From positions 205,192-269,191 of the forward strand of contig JAQBRF010000004.1 of assembly GCA_028286645.1 (NCBI GenBank): a stretch of 64,000 nt of DNA, in the 5' to 3' direction. This DNA comes from Candidatus Nomurabacteria bacterium. GTDB lineage: Bacteria; Patescibacteriota; Minisyncoccia; Phycocordibacterales; UBA5272. The translations under genes and the position numbers were made by a program. Under the pieces are notes generated by a model. It was not told where the DNA came from, did no database searches, and saw only the letters and a list, made by a program, of their open reading frames with translations. Shown here piece by piece: positions 55,689 to 64,000 of the stretch (positions within the stretch are counted from its first letter, which is position 1; each line of letters begins with the position of its first letter).

Positions 55689-57166
55689 ATTGGTAGTATA
55701 GCAAATCCTTGTTTAAGTAAAGCGATTTTTCCTCGAGTAATGGCTCCTACGTAACCTGCTGCCGGATTTATATTATTAGCTTTTTGAAATTTTATAACAG
55801 CTTTTTGAGTAGCCGGACCGAAATATCGAGTTTCTTTTCCTAAAGAGCCCGGTCCGCTTATGGCAATAATATATCCATGATTATTTAAATACTTTTGTAA
55901 TTCCATCACCTCATCCGTACTTAATCCCAATGATAAATCTTTAGAAAGGCTGACACTTGAGGTGGAGGTGGCGGGGTTTGTTGTAGGAATATCCACCTTC
56001 ACCCGAGGAGTTGTAGAGCCGGCTTGAGTAACAAGACTTGTATTTGAAGTGGGGGAACTTTCTGATTCTAGGATTAAACGAGTTGCTTTTCCATAGTATC
56101 CATCCGCAGGATTTATCCCCATTAGGCTTTGATATTCTATCAATGCATTTTTAGTAATAATGCCAAAATATCCCGTTGTTCCCGCGGCTTCTAATTTATC
56201 CCGAGCCGCACCATGAGACTTAGAAATTAAACTAATCTGCATTTTTACTACAGCACTGCTTGTTTCTCCATACGCGAGATCTCCTGCAGACAAACTTGAT
56301 TGTATGGTCGGTGTTACTGTCATGGCAGAAACTGGCGTATTTCCTAGCGCAACGGAAATATTTGACGGAAGCAGAATATTTTGGGAAAGAGCACTTGTAA
56401 ATGTTGACCTAAAGTTTGTAACAAGAAATATGCTGAACGCATTAGTATCGCTTGCTACGGAGAGTATTCTATTTAAATAAGTAATCTTATCTGCCAAAGA
56501 AAATTCGCTTGTCAGTCGTGGGTATGGGTCTACTGCTGTGCCAGTAAAATCATGAACTTCAAAATGAAGATGTGATAATCCTCCTGAAGCATTTCCGGTA
56601 TTCCCTACATAACCAATCAAATCTCCTTTCTCTAGCGTCTTCCCTTCAGTGACCCCTTCACCGTATTTATCTAAATGCATATATACGAAAGTCTCGCCTC
56701 CTGGATTCGCAGTATAGATAGTTAGCCCTTCATTTGGACCGTTCGTGACTTTTAGCACAACAGCCTTAGTCGGACTGACTATCGGAGTTCCTTTAGTCGC
56801 CATAATATCTTCGCCCTGATGCTTCCTGGTTCCACCATCGCGGGGGTCTCCGAAATTTGGAGAAATATTTTTTACAGCAACCCCAAAGAGTACTGGTATT
56901 GGAAATATAGATTCAGCTGATTGAGGCAAAGATGATATAGCTTGATCAGTACTGCCGGACCTATCCCACCAATTTCGAGGATTCACTATCGGCGTGGTAG
57001 TGCTTGTACCATCGTCAGCTATTTGAGCAAGCGCCACAAAGGCACCTTGCCCTAAAAGAACGCTACTAAGTAAAAAAATAAAGGCTTTTTTATGAAAAGT
57101 CATAGATATCAGCACAATAAATACGCTTATATAGTATATAACAATTAATCTCTTATTTTGTGACAA
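55673..57166 (-). CDS. M23 family metallopeptidase with peptidoglycan-binding repeats
   Basis: HQGEDIMATKGTPI...GYVGNTGNASGGLSHLHFEVH is the LytM/M23 core; two PG_binding_1-like repeats (..YFG..T..A...FQ....). Confidence 0.75.
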   Translation of the reverse strand: MSQNKRLIVIYYISVFIVLISMTFHKKAFIFLLSSVLLGQGAFVALAQIADDGTSTTTPIVNPRNWWDRSGSTDQAISSLPQSAESIFPIPVLFGVAVKNISPNFGDPRDGGTRKHQGEDIMATKGTPIVSPTKAVVLKVTNGPNEGLTIYTANPGGETFVYMHLDKYGEGVTEGKTLEKGDLIGYVGNTGNASGGLSHLHFEVHDFTGTAVDPYPRLTSEFSLADKITYLNRILSVASDTNAFSIFLVTNFRSTFTSALSQNILLPSNISVALGNTPVSAMTVTPTIQSSLSAGDLAYGETSSAVVKMQISLISKSHGAARDKLEAAGTTGYFGIITKNALIEYQSLMGINPADGYYGKATRLILESESSPTSNTSLVTQAGSTTPRVKVDIPTTNPATSTSSVSLSKDLSLGLSTDEVMELQKYLNNHGYIIAISGPGSLGKETRYFGPATQKAVIKFQKANNINPAAGYVGAITRGKIALLKQGFAILPIWQYI

Positions 57167-57177
57167 GCTTTAGGTGC

Positions 57178-59916
57178 TTATCTAACCCCTTGAGGGGACT
57201 TCGCTGGGCCTCTTTTTAATGTAGATCTATGAAGTGGAGACTTTTCTTTCTCAAATACAATTGACTTGGATTTAATATCGAATCTCGCTTTAACTTTATC
57301 ACCTTCTTTTAAGTTTCCACGGAGCACATCACTTGCTAGAAGATTTTCTACTTCATTTTGTATCGTCCTATTGATCTCTCTTGCCCCGTATTCTTCCGAA
57401 TATCCTTTTCCAAGTAGATACCCTATCGCGGACTCATCAAAAGATATGGAAATGTTTTGAGCATGTGCCATTCTCTTGACTCTTTCCAGTTGGAGTAATA
57501 ATATTTGTCGTGTTTGCTCCATAGTTAGCGGGTGGAACACGACAATATCATCTAATCGATTCAAAAACTCTGGTCGGAATCGCATTTTCAGGCTTTGTAT
57601 AATCTTTTGCTTCACTTCGTCAAACTGCTTTTTACTTTTATCTTTGCCTTTTTGAAACTCCTCTAGCATTTCTGACCCCATGTTGCTTGTAGCAATAATA
57701 ATTGTATTGGTGAAATTTACCACTCTCCCTTTTCCGTCAGTAAGCCTTCCTTCATCGAATACCTGAAGCAAGATATTATATACATCTGGATGCGCCTTTT
57801 CTATCTCATCAAGAAGTATTACTGAGTATGGTCTTTTTCTAATCGGCTCGGTTAGCTGTCCTCCCTCTTCATATCCGACATATCCAGGAGGAGCTCCAAT
57901 TAATCTAGATACGGAAAATCTTTCCATATATTCTGACATATCTATGCGAACTATCGCATCCTCATCTCCAAATGTCGCCCATGCTATTGTTTTCGCAAGT
58001 TCAGTTTTCCCAACTCCTGTAGGACCGAGGAAAAGAAACGAGGCCACAGGCCTATTTGTGCGGCCGATTCCAGAACGTGACCTTCTCACAGAATTCGATA
58101 CAGCGACAATTGCTTCCTCTTGCCCGATGATTCTTTCATGAAGCTTCTGTTCTAGGTTAAGCAATTTATCTTTTTCTTCCTTACTGAGATCGGTGACTGG
58201 GATCCCTGTGAGCTTAGAGACAACTTCAGCAATTTCTTTTTTAGTAACAATTGATGATTGAGTTCCTTTCTTCTGCTTCCATTTGTTTTCTTCTTCTCCC
58301 CTCTCTTTTGTCAGCCCGCTTATTTCATTTTCTAATTTCTCAGATTCTTTGAAATCATTATGGGCTTTTGAAGACTCTCTTTCTCGGTGCAATTTTTTTA
58401 ACTTCGTATCTATATCTCGGAGCTCCTTGCTGTGGGATGAGGCAGCTATTCGCACGCGAGAAGCAGCCTGATCAATTAAGTCTATGGCTTTATCGGGTAG
58501 AAATCTATTGGTGATGTATCTATCTGAAAGCGCCGCTGCTGTTACGATCGCCTCGTCGCTTATTTTTACTTTATGATAGGCTTCGTATTTATCCCTAAGT
58601 CCTCGCAAAATCTGAACGGTCTGTTCCACTGTGGGTTCAGGTATAAGAATGGGCTGAAATCTTCTTTCTAGCGCCGCATCTTTTTCAATGTATTTTTGAT
58701 ATTCATTTAAAGTTGTAGCGCCTATCAGATGTAGAGTTCCACGGGCAAGTTCTGGTTTTAATACATTTGACATATCCATTCCGCCTTCTTGATTCCCCGC
58801 ACTTACCATAGTATGGAGTTCATCTACAAATATAATAAGCTCATCTTTGTTTTCTTTTATTTCATCTATAACTTGTTTTACTCTTTCTTCAAACTCTCCC
58901 CTATATTTTGATCCCGCCACAATAGCATTTAAATTTAGCTCAACAACTCTTTTATTTAAAAGAGTTTCTGGAATATCTTCGTTTACTATTCTTTGCGCCA
59001 ACCCTTCAACTATTGCAGTCTTTCCTACTCCCGGCCCTCCTATTAGAACGGGATTATTCTTTGTTCTTCGAGAAAGGATTTCTATAGTAGTTTCTATCTC
59101 GTCTGTACGTCCAATTACCGGATCTAATTTGCCTTCTCGAGCTAGCACGCTTAAATCTCTTGAATACTTATCAAGTGTGGGGGTTTTCGATTCTGTTTCA
59201 ATACGACCCTCTTCCGCTCCCTTTCCTACAACTTTTACAATCTTTTGCCTTAGCTTTTCTGGAGTAACTCCATATCTTCGAAGGAGATCTCCTCCTATTC
59301 CATCATCTTCTTCTAAGAGACCGATAAGTAAATGCTCAGGTCCAATATATCCATGTCCGAGTTCACGAGATGCTTGAAAGGCATTTTCTAATATTTTCTT
59401 GACTCGGGGAGATACTCCCATCTTGTCTGGAGAAACCGCTTCTCCTTTTGGACTAGAAGGAGAATTTTTATCTAAGTATTTTTTAATATCTCCAGTATCT
59501 AACTTTAACTGCTTAAATATTTCTTCAGTGGTTGGATTCTGTATTAGAGCATACAGAATATGTTCTGTGTCTATTTCTCTTGCATGCAAACTTAATGCTC
59601 TTTCGGCGGATGATTGTATAACTTCCTTTGTCTGGTTCGACAGATAATTTTCAATATTTATTGCTTCCTGATTTCTTCCGATTTTTCTATTTCTTTCTGG
59701 GATAGCTTCTTCAACGGATCCGAACATATCATCAAAATCTGCAAACGGGTTTTTTCCAAACAATGATTCGAAGGGGGAACGCGCACCCTGTTCCCTTCGT
59801 ATTCTTTCATAATCAATTTTGCACAGATCTAATGTTTGTTGCCTGCCATTTACAATTGCAGTCACTCTAACTTCGGCAGGCCTTATGTTACAAATATCAC
59901 AAAGCTTTTTTGCCAT
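57178..59916 (-). CDS. clpC: Clp/Hsp100 AAA+ chaperone, ClpC-type, with N-terminal Cys4 zinc-ribbon-like extension
   Basis: Two AAA+ modules (GPGVGKT.., GPTGVGKT..); Clp_N repeats; UVR-like middle domain; N-terminal CDIC..(x)..LCKIDY. Confidence 0.8.
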   Translation of the reverse strand: MAKKLCDICNIRPAEVRVTAIVNGRQQTLDLCKIDYERIRREQGARSPFESLFGKNPFADFDDMFGSVEEAIPERNRKIGRNQEAINIENYLSNQTKEVIQSSAERALSLHAREIDTEHILYALIQNPTTEEIFKQLKLDTGDIKKYLDKNSPSSPKGEAVSPDKMGVSPRVKKILENAFQASRELGHGYIGPEHLLIGLLEEDDGIGGDLLRRYGVTPEKLRQKIVKVVGKGAEEGRIETESKTPTLDKYSRDLSVLAREGKLDPVIGRTDEIETTIEILSRRTKNNPVLIGGPGVGKTAIVEGLAQRIVNEDIPETLLNKRVVELNLNAIVAGSKYRGEFEERVKQVIDEIKENKDELIIFVDELHTMVSAGNQEGGMDMSNVLKPELARGTLHLIGATTLNEYQKYIEKDAALERRFQPILIPEPTVEQTVQILRGLRDKYEAYHKVKISDEAIVTAAALSDRYITNRFLPDKAIDLIDQAASRVRIAASSHSKELRDIDTKLKKLHRERESSKAHNDFKESEKLENEISGLTKERGEEENKWKQKKGTQSSIVTKKEIAEVVSKLTGIPVTDLSKEEKDKLLNLEQKLHERIIGQEEAIVAVSNSVRRSRSGIGRTNRPVASFLFLGPTGVGKTELAKTIAWATFGDEDAIVRIDMSEYMERFSVSRLIGAPPGYVGYEEGGQLTEPIRKRPYSVILLDEIEKAHPDVYNILLQVFDEGRLTDGKGRVVNFTNTIIIATSNMGSEMLEEFQKGKDKSKKQFDEVKQKIIQSLKMRFRPEFLNRLDDIVVFHPLTMEQTRQILLLQLERVKRMAHAQNISISFDESAIGYLLGKGYSEEYGAREINRTIQNEVENLLASDVLRGNLKEGDKVKARFDIKSKSIVFEKEKSPLHRSTLKRGPAKSPQGVR

Positions 59917-60310
59917 ACATTATGAGGGGACAAATCCTCATTATTTTTAAGATGACAAACTACACTGGGGACTGCCCCCACTATATAGTTTACGCTTCTT
60001 TTAAATTATGCAAAGAGATCTAAAAAGGGTTGATTTATAAACATATTCCTTTTGATCATCTGGCCTATAACCATCCTGTAATCGGTTGAATATTCCCATT
60101 TTGTAATCTTCCATCCAAATACATCTACTATTAAACTTAACAATATTTAATACATATTTATGTATCCGACCCAAATGCCTATAAATCCGCCCGCCGCAGC
60201 CAGTACTACACCGGAAAGCGAAAATAGATTTGCTCCCCATAAGCTAGGAATGAATCCTCCAATAGTCGAACCTATAATCATTCCCCACCAGATTGCGCCT
60301 TTTTGCATGT

Positions 60311-60937
60311 TTAATTTATTAATTTCTCTAATTCTTCGACGGTATCAGCGATTCCTATTAAATTATCATGATCTTCGCATTCAAAAAAACTTCTATCATG
60401 TCCACCCCATGTAACTGCGATAGTCGGGATACCTGCTTTATCAGATTCCCGTAGGTCTCCCAACGTATCCGTGACGAAAATCATATCACTCCCTTTTACA
60501 TTATACCTTTTCTCCATAATCTTAAACTTTTCAAGTTTACTTTTTGAGATTTCTGCAGTACCAATATAATCAAAATAAGATATAATGTCTGAATTTTTTA
60601 ACAATGGAAGAGTATTTCTTTCATAGGCTGAAGTATTTATGACGATAGTCCATTCAGATGAGTGTAATCTTTTTAATAACTCCTTAATTCCTGGAAAAAG
60701 TACTGCTTCTGATTTCATTTTCGAAAAAGCCAGCCGATTGATTTGTATTTCTTCTTCAGTGTGCTTAAGCTGAGTAAAAGGAATCTTGAGTAATTCCTCG
60801 TGGAAATTTCCACTCATTAATTTCTTTGAGTATTCTTCTGTCATGTCAGGGTAAACTTTTTTGAAAGATTCATAGACGAGTTTTACTGTATCGAACAAGA
60901 CACCATCCATATCAAATATAACCACCTTTTTAGACAT
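60311..60937 (-). CDS. HAD-superfamily hydrolase
   Basis: VIFDMDGVLFDT (motif I) and ..TS.... (motif II) pattern. Confidence 0.65.
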   Translation of the reverse strand: MSKKVVIFDMDGVLFDTVKLVYESFKKVYPDMTEEYSKKLMSGNFHEELLKIPFTQLKHTEEEIQINRLAFSKMKSEAVLFPGIKELLKRLHSSEWTIVINTSAYERNTLPLLKNSDIISYFDYIGTAEISKSKLEKFKIMEKRYNVKGSDMIFVTDTLGDLRESDKAGIPTIAVTWGGHDRSFFECEDHDNLIGIADTVEELEKLIN

Positions 60938-61011
60938 GGAAAGATTATAGCATGCACATACTTATGCATTAATTATTCAAATTGTTTGTTTACACCTCTA
61001 ACTTAATTAAA

Positions 61012-61698
61012 TTATTTTAAGTTCTTCTTAAGAAATTCCAGAGTCTTATTCCATGCGTCTTCGGTTTCTTTCGGGGCAAATTGTGGATTTGATGGATTGG
61101 CAAATGCATGATCAACTCCAGGATAGATGGTTATATCATTTTCAATTCCTAATTCATCTAAGTTTTTCTTAAACTCCTCCACATGCTCTGGTGTGATATG
61201 GCCGTCGTTTCCTGCAAATATACCAAGTACCGGCCATTTTATTCTTGATAACTCTTCTTTATCCGCAACTAATCGACCATAATATATTACTGTTCCATTC
61301 ATCTGCTCCCCTGAAGTAGCAAGTTTTAGAGACTGCGCCCCTCCAAAACACCATCCAATAGAACCCACTTTATGAGCGCCTTTTTCTCGCAAATATGCAA
61401 CTGCGGCACGCATGTTCTCTATACCCTCTCCTTGGTCAAATTTAGCCATTAGAGCCATGCCTTCTGCTACTGTGGGTACTGTTTCTCCTTGGAATAAATC
61501 TATCGCTAGGACCAAATATCCCTCTTCGGCGAGTTTTTCCGCGTACTCCTTAATACCTTCATTTAACCCTCTATTTTCATGTATCATTACCACACCTCCA
61601 TATGAGCCTTCCTTGTTAGGGCTCGCTAAATACCCATTTATATTTTTAAAGTAATTAACCTCTTCTGTTTTTATTTCCATATTATTTATATTTATCAT
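61012..61698 (-). CDS. dienelactone hydrolase family protein
   Basis: GGVVMIHENRGLNEGIKEYAEKLAEEGYLVLAIDLF..; nucleophile GWCFGG; C-terminal H. Confidence 0.6.
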   Translation of the reverse strand: MININNMEIKTEEVNYFKNINGYLASPNKEGSYGGVVMIHENRGLNEGIKEYAEKLAEEGYLVLAIDLFQGETVPTVAEGMALMAKFDQGEGIENMRAAVAYLREKGAHKVGSIGWCFGGAQSLKLATSGEQMNGTVIYYGRLVADKEELSRIKWPVLGIFAGNDGHITPEHVEEFKKNLDELGIENDITIYPGVDHAFANPSNPQFAPKETEDAWNKTLEFLKKNLK

Positions 61699-61999
61699 TA
61701 ATGTAATCCAAGAAATCTTTTCCTCTCATCCCGATCAGCTCAGCCATTCTTAATGTATTTCCAAGAGATTTGTTTAAATCTGATTTTAAATTTTCTATTT
61801 TTAATGTTCCTCCGTGATTAACGTCTTCAATGATCGCCGCAATTTTACCTGCCGTTTTAGAGAAATGTAAGGAAAGATGATTTATGGCAAAAGCTTTTAT
61901 CTCTTCTTCAGACATGCTTTTTACGGGAGGATAGGAGGCTTCCTGAAATTTATATTTTTCAGATATTTTTTGTATAAGCTCATCTAAAGTTGCTTCCAT
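61682..61999 (-). CDS. hypothetical protein
   Basis: 105-aa ORF overlapping the downstream gene by 17 nt. Confidence 0.35.
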   Translation of the reverse strand: MEATLDELIQKISEKYKFQEASYPPVKSMSEEEIKAFAINHLSLHFSKTAGKIAAIIEDVNHGGTLKIENLKSDLNKSLGNTLRMAELIGMRGKDFLDYINDKYK

Positions 62000-62142
62000 A
62001 AATTTGTATTTATTAATTTGTTACTTTACCGTACTTATTAATAATATTGCATATAGTAAAACCTTGCAATATGATTTTACTAAATTGATTACTTATAGTA
62101 GTGTATTAGAAACCCTTAGGGAACAGATAAAAGGACCTCAAC

Positions 62143-62301
62143 ATGCAAGATGCACCTGACGAAAACCTGCCAGTGAAGAATCTGTGCAATTGTCCCAAAG
62201 GCGGAAAATGCAAGGAGCTCGAAAATTGCCGCATAGAGCATGAACTTCCGCCCTGGGAAAGAACCCGCCCCCACCCTACCCCCATCCACTGTGTGGCGTG
62301 A
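62143..62301 (+). CDS. small Cys-rich GC-rich ORF (52 aa)
   Basis: RBS aaaagga; MQDAPDENLPVKNLCNCPKGGKCKELENCRIEHELPPW...HC. An alternative antisense ORF at 62116..62319 exists; strand unresolved. Confidence 0.25.
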   Translation: MQDAPDENLPVKNLCNCPKGGKCKELENCRIEHELPPWERTRPHPTPIHCVA

Positions 62302-62341
62302 AGGGATGGTTCCCATCAATGTCTCCGAAAGGAGACATTTT

Positions 62342-62920
62342 CTATTTCATCCATTTGGATTTAATATATTTATTCGTAAACCAGTTTATTAAGATTATAA
62401 GCAAGATCACGACAAGAGCTATTATTTGAATTTTGACAGCCGTGCTTTTTATTGATGCCACTCCCAGATGCAGGCCTTTAAGTAGGAAATAAAATACCCA
62501 AAACCAAATAGCTGCACCTGCTAAAATCGCTCCTTGGAATTTCCAAAAGTTTAATTTATGAATTCCGGCTAACAGCTGACTGGCTATCCTTGTACCGTAC
62601 ACAAACTTGGCCAGAAAAACCATTTTAATTCCATGTTTCTCATAAAATTTAGAAAATCTCTCCGCCTCACTAACTCTGTTTTTTATAAAACTCCATTTAT
62701 ATAATTTATCTTTCCCATAATGTAACCGTATAAAATACCAGATGGCATCCGCAAGTATTGCAGAAATCAGCACGGCGATAAATAAGTAATAAATATTTAA
62801 TGAGCCCAGTATGCTTAGATACATCACAGGTAAAAGCACTGCGCCTCCCAGGAAAATCAAGAGTATGCAAAAAGCCGGGTAGAAATAGAACGGATTTAAT
62901 TGGGAAATTAAATCAAGCAT
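62342..62920 (-). CDS. DedA/VTT-like membrane protein
   Basis: Polytopic; ..FLAKFVYGTRIASQLLAGIHKLNFWKF.. resembles the DedA C-terminal region. Confidence 0.4.
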   Translation of the reverse strand: MLDLISQLNPFYFYPAFCILLIFLGGAVLLPVMYLSILGSLNIYYLFIAVLISAILADAIWYFIRLHYGKDKLYKWSFIKNRVSEAERFSKFYEKHGIKMVFLAKFVYGTRIASQLLAGIHKLNFWKFQGAILAGAAIWFWVFYFLLKGLHLGVASIKSTAVKIQIIALVVILLIILINWFTNKYIKSKWMK

Positions 62921-62964
62921 ATATTTATCCTATCATGGGTTTATATAAGTGATATAATTAAGTC

Positions 62965-63315
62965 ATGAACACATATAAAGGTGCCTGCCACTGCAAAGCG
63001 GTGACATATGAAGTGGATACAAATTTAGAAAAAGTAATTAGTTGTAACTGCTCTCATTGTTATATAAAAGGCCTTGTTCTTTCTTTTGTTTCTACTGACC
63101 AATTCAAGCTTTCGTCCAGCGAAGGAAATCTTACAGAATATTTATTTAATAAGAAAAAAATCCACCACCTTTTCTGTAATATTTGCGGAGTAGAATCTTT
63201 TGCCAGAGGTGTGGGTCCAAATGGTGAAGAAATGATAGCGATAAATGTGCGATGTCTTGATGGAGTCGATTTAGATCAGATTGAAATCACAAAAGTTGAT
63301 GGAAAGAAATACTAA
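62965..63315 (+). CDS. GFA (glutathione-dependent formaldehyde-activating / CENP-V-like) family protein
   Basis: GACHCKAV.Y ... CNCSHC ... CNICG Cys pattern of the GFA domain. Confidence 0.65.
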   Translation: MNTYKGACHCKAVTYEVDTNLEKVISCNCSHCYIKGLVLSFVSTDQFKLSSSEGNLTEYLFNKKKIHHLFCNICGVESFARGVGPNGEEMIAINVRCLDGVDLDQIEITKVDGKKY

Positions 63316-63335
63316 TTATAATATTCTTTAGATAA

Positions 63336-63977
63336 TTACTTAATTTGCATGGAAGGATTGTTTGGCGCCCTGTCATAGGATTTATTAAATAACATGTTCC
63401 TTTCTTGTTCGTTTATTTCTTTCACGATATCTGCCATTATCGTCTTTTCTTTGCGAACACCTTGTATAAATACCTTATCATTAACTGTTAGCCCGTCACT
63501 CGACATTATTTCCGTACTAGAGGAAACTATTACTTCGAATGATTCATTTCTAGGAGTAATTATAAATATATTTCGATCGTCGATACTTTGGATTTCACCA
63601 GCAATACCATTATGCATCTCTGGATCTGCAAACCCTTCGTAAAGAGATTTTATTGGCTTAAAGTTATGTCCTCTCTCATAAATCTTCTTGTGCAGATCGA
63701 AGCTCGATACTATAGCAGAAACTGCAATTACCAAAATAATAATTCCTAAGAAAACATAAAGTGTTGGGGTGCGATAAGTAAACGCTGCAGATCGGGAAAG
63801 TAAAAGTGTGGAAACTATGCCAATAATAACAAGCAACAAAAGTACCCATGGAAGGCTATTTAATATGGTCATAATACCGAAGAACTTTGATCCGCTTAAA
63901 AGCGTAAACCCGCTGGCTTGTAATGCAAATAGAATAAAACTGCTTAAATAAAGAATTGCTAAAAGCAAAACTAGCAC
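63336..63977 (-). CDS. membrane protein with C-terminal extracytoplasmic domain
   Basis: Three N-terminal TM helices, then about 110 aa soluble. Confidence 0.35.
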   Translation of the reverse strand: MLVLLLAILYLSSFILFALQASGFTLLSGSKFFGIMTILNSLPWVLLLLVIIGIVSTLLLSRSAAFTYRTPTLYVFLGIIILVIAVSAIVSSFDLHKKIYERGHNFKPIKSLYEGFADPEMHNGIAGEIQSIDDRNIFIITPRNESFEVIVSSSTEIMSSDGLTVNDKVFIQGVRKEKTIMADIVKEINEQERNMLFNKSYDRAPNNPSMQIK

Positions 63978-64000
63978 AAAAGCCGCATATATGATGTTTC

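Noticed and set aside
57266-59647. Several + strand ORFs (62-176 aa) within the clpC region
   Set aside because: Antisense to a 912-aa gene with unmistakable AAA+ motifs. Compositionally Ser/Pro/Phe-rich.
62116-62319. 67-aa minus-strand ORF in the small GC-rich patch
   Set aside because: Competes with the + strand 52-aa Cys-rich ORF, which has an RBS. Neither is certain. The minus ORF lacks a recognisable RBS, so it was not listed as a feature.

Overview
This 64-kb window is a low-GC (roughly one-third GC) bacterial chromosome segment. The gene content looks like a small-genome Patescibacteria/CPR-type organism: a short 341-aa DnaX, an ECF sigma factor followed by a DUF5667-like protein, and many small membrane or hypothetical proteins. 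That lineage call is inference from sequence alone. Core genes present are serS, a dus-family gene, dnaX, an ftsQ-like gene, a ClpC-type chaperone, an M23 peptidoglycan hydrolase and an FAD-linked oxidase. The accessory content is heavy. (1) tRNA-Gln(TTG) lies beside a rolling-circle HUH Rep gene plus a HEPN-like protein and a membrane protein. (2) A cassette-like stretch is flanked by identical 34-bp direct repeats and carries a methyltransferase, decayed gene fragments, and DHFR-family, PhnB-like and DUF2200 genes. (3) There is an NHEJ operon of Ku plus a split LigD. (4) A roughly 6.8-kb island sits next to tRNA-Ala(TGC). It carries a large serine recombinase whose 3' end runs antisense into the tRNA, an excisionase-like HTH gene, a C5-MTase/REase/Vsr module with the HpaII-type gene order, and two strongly structured non-coding regions. 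(5) At least 15 short inserts of about 50% GC are each a single gene bracketed by E. coli-like sigma-70 promoters and intrinsic terminators; one of them encodes a REC-GGDEF response regulator. No rRNA, no CRISPR array and no recognisable transposase were seen. All calls come from reading the sequence and the ORF translations; no database search was possible.
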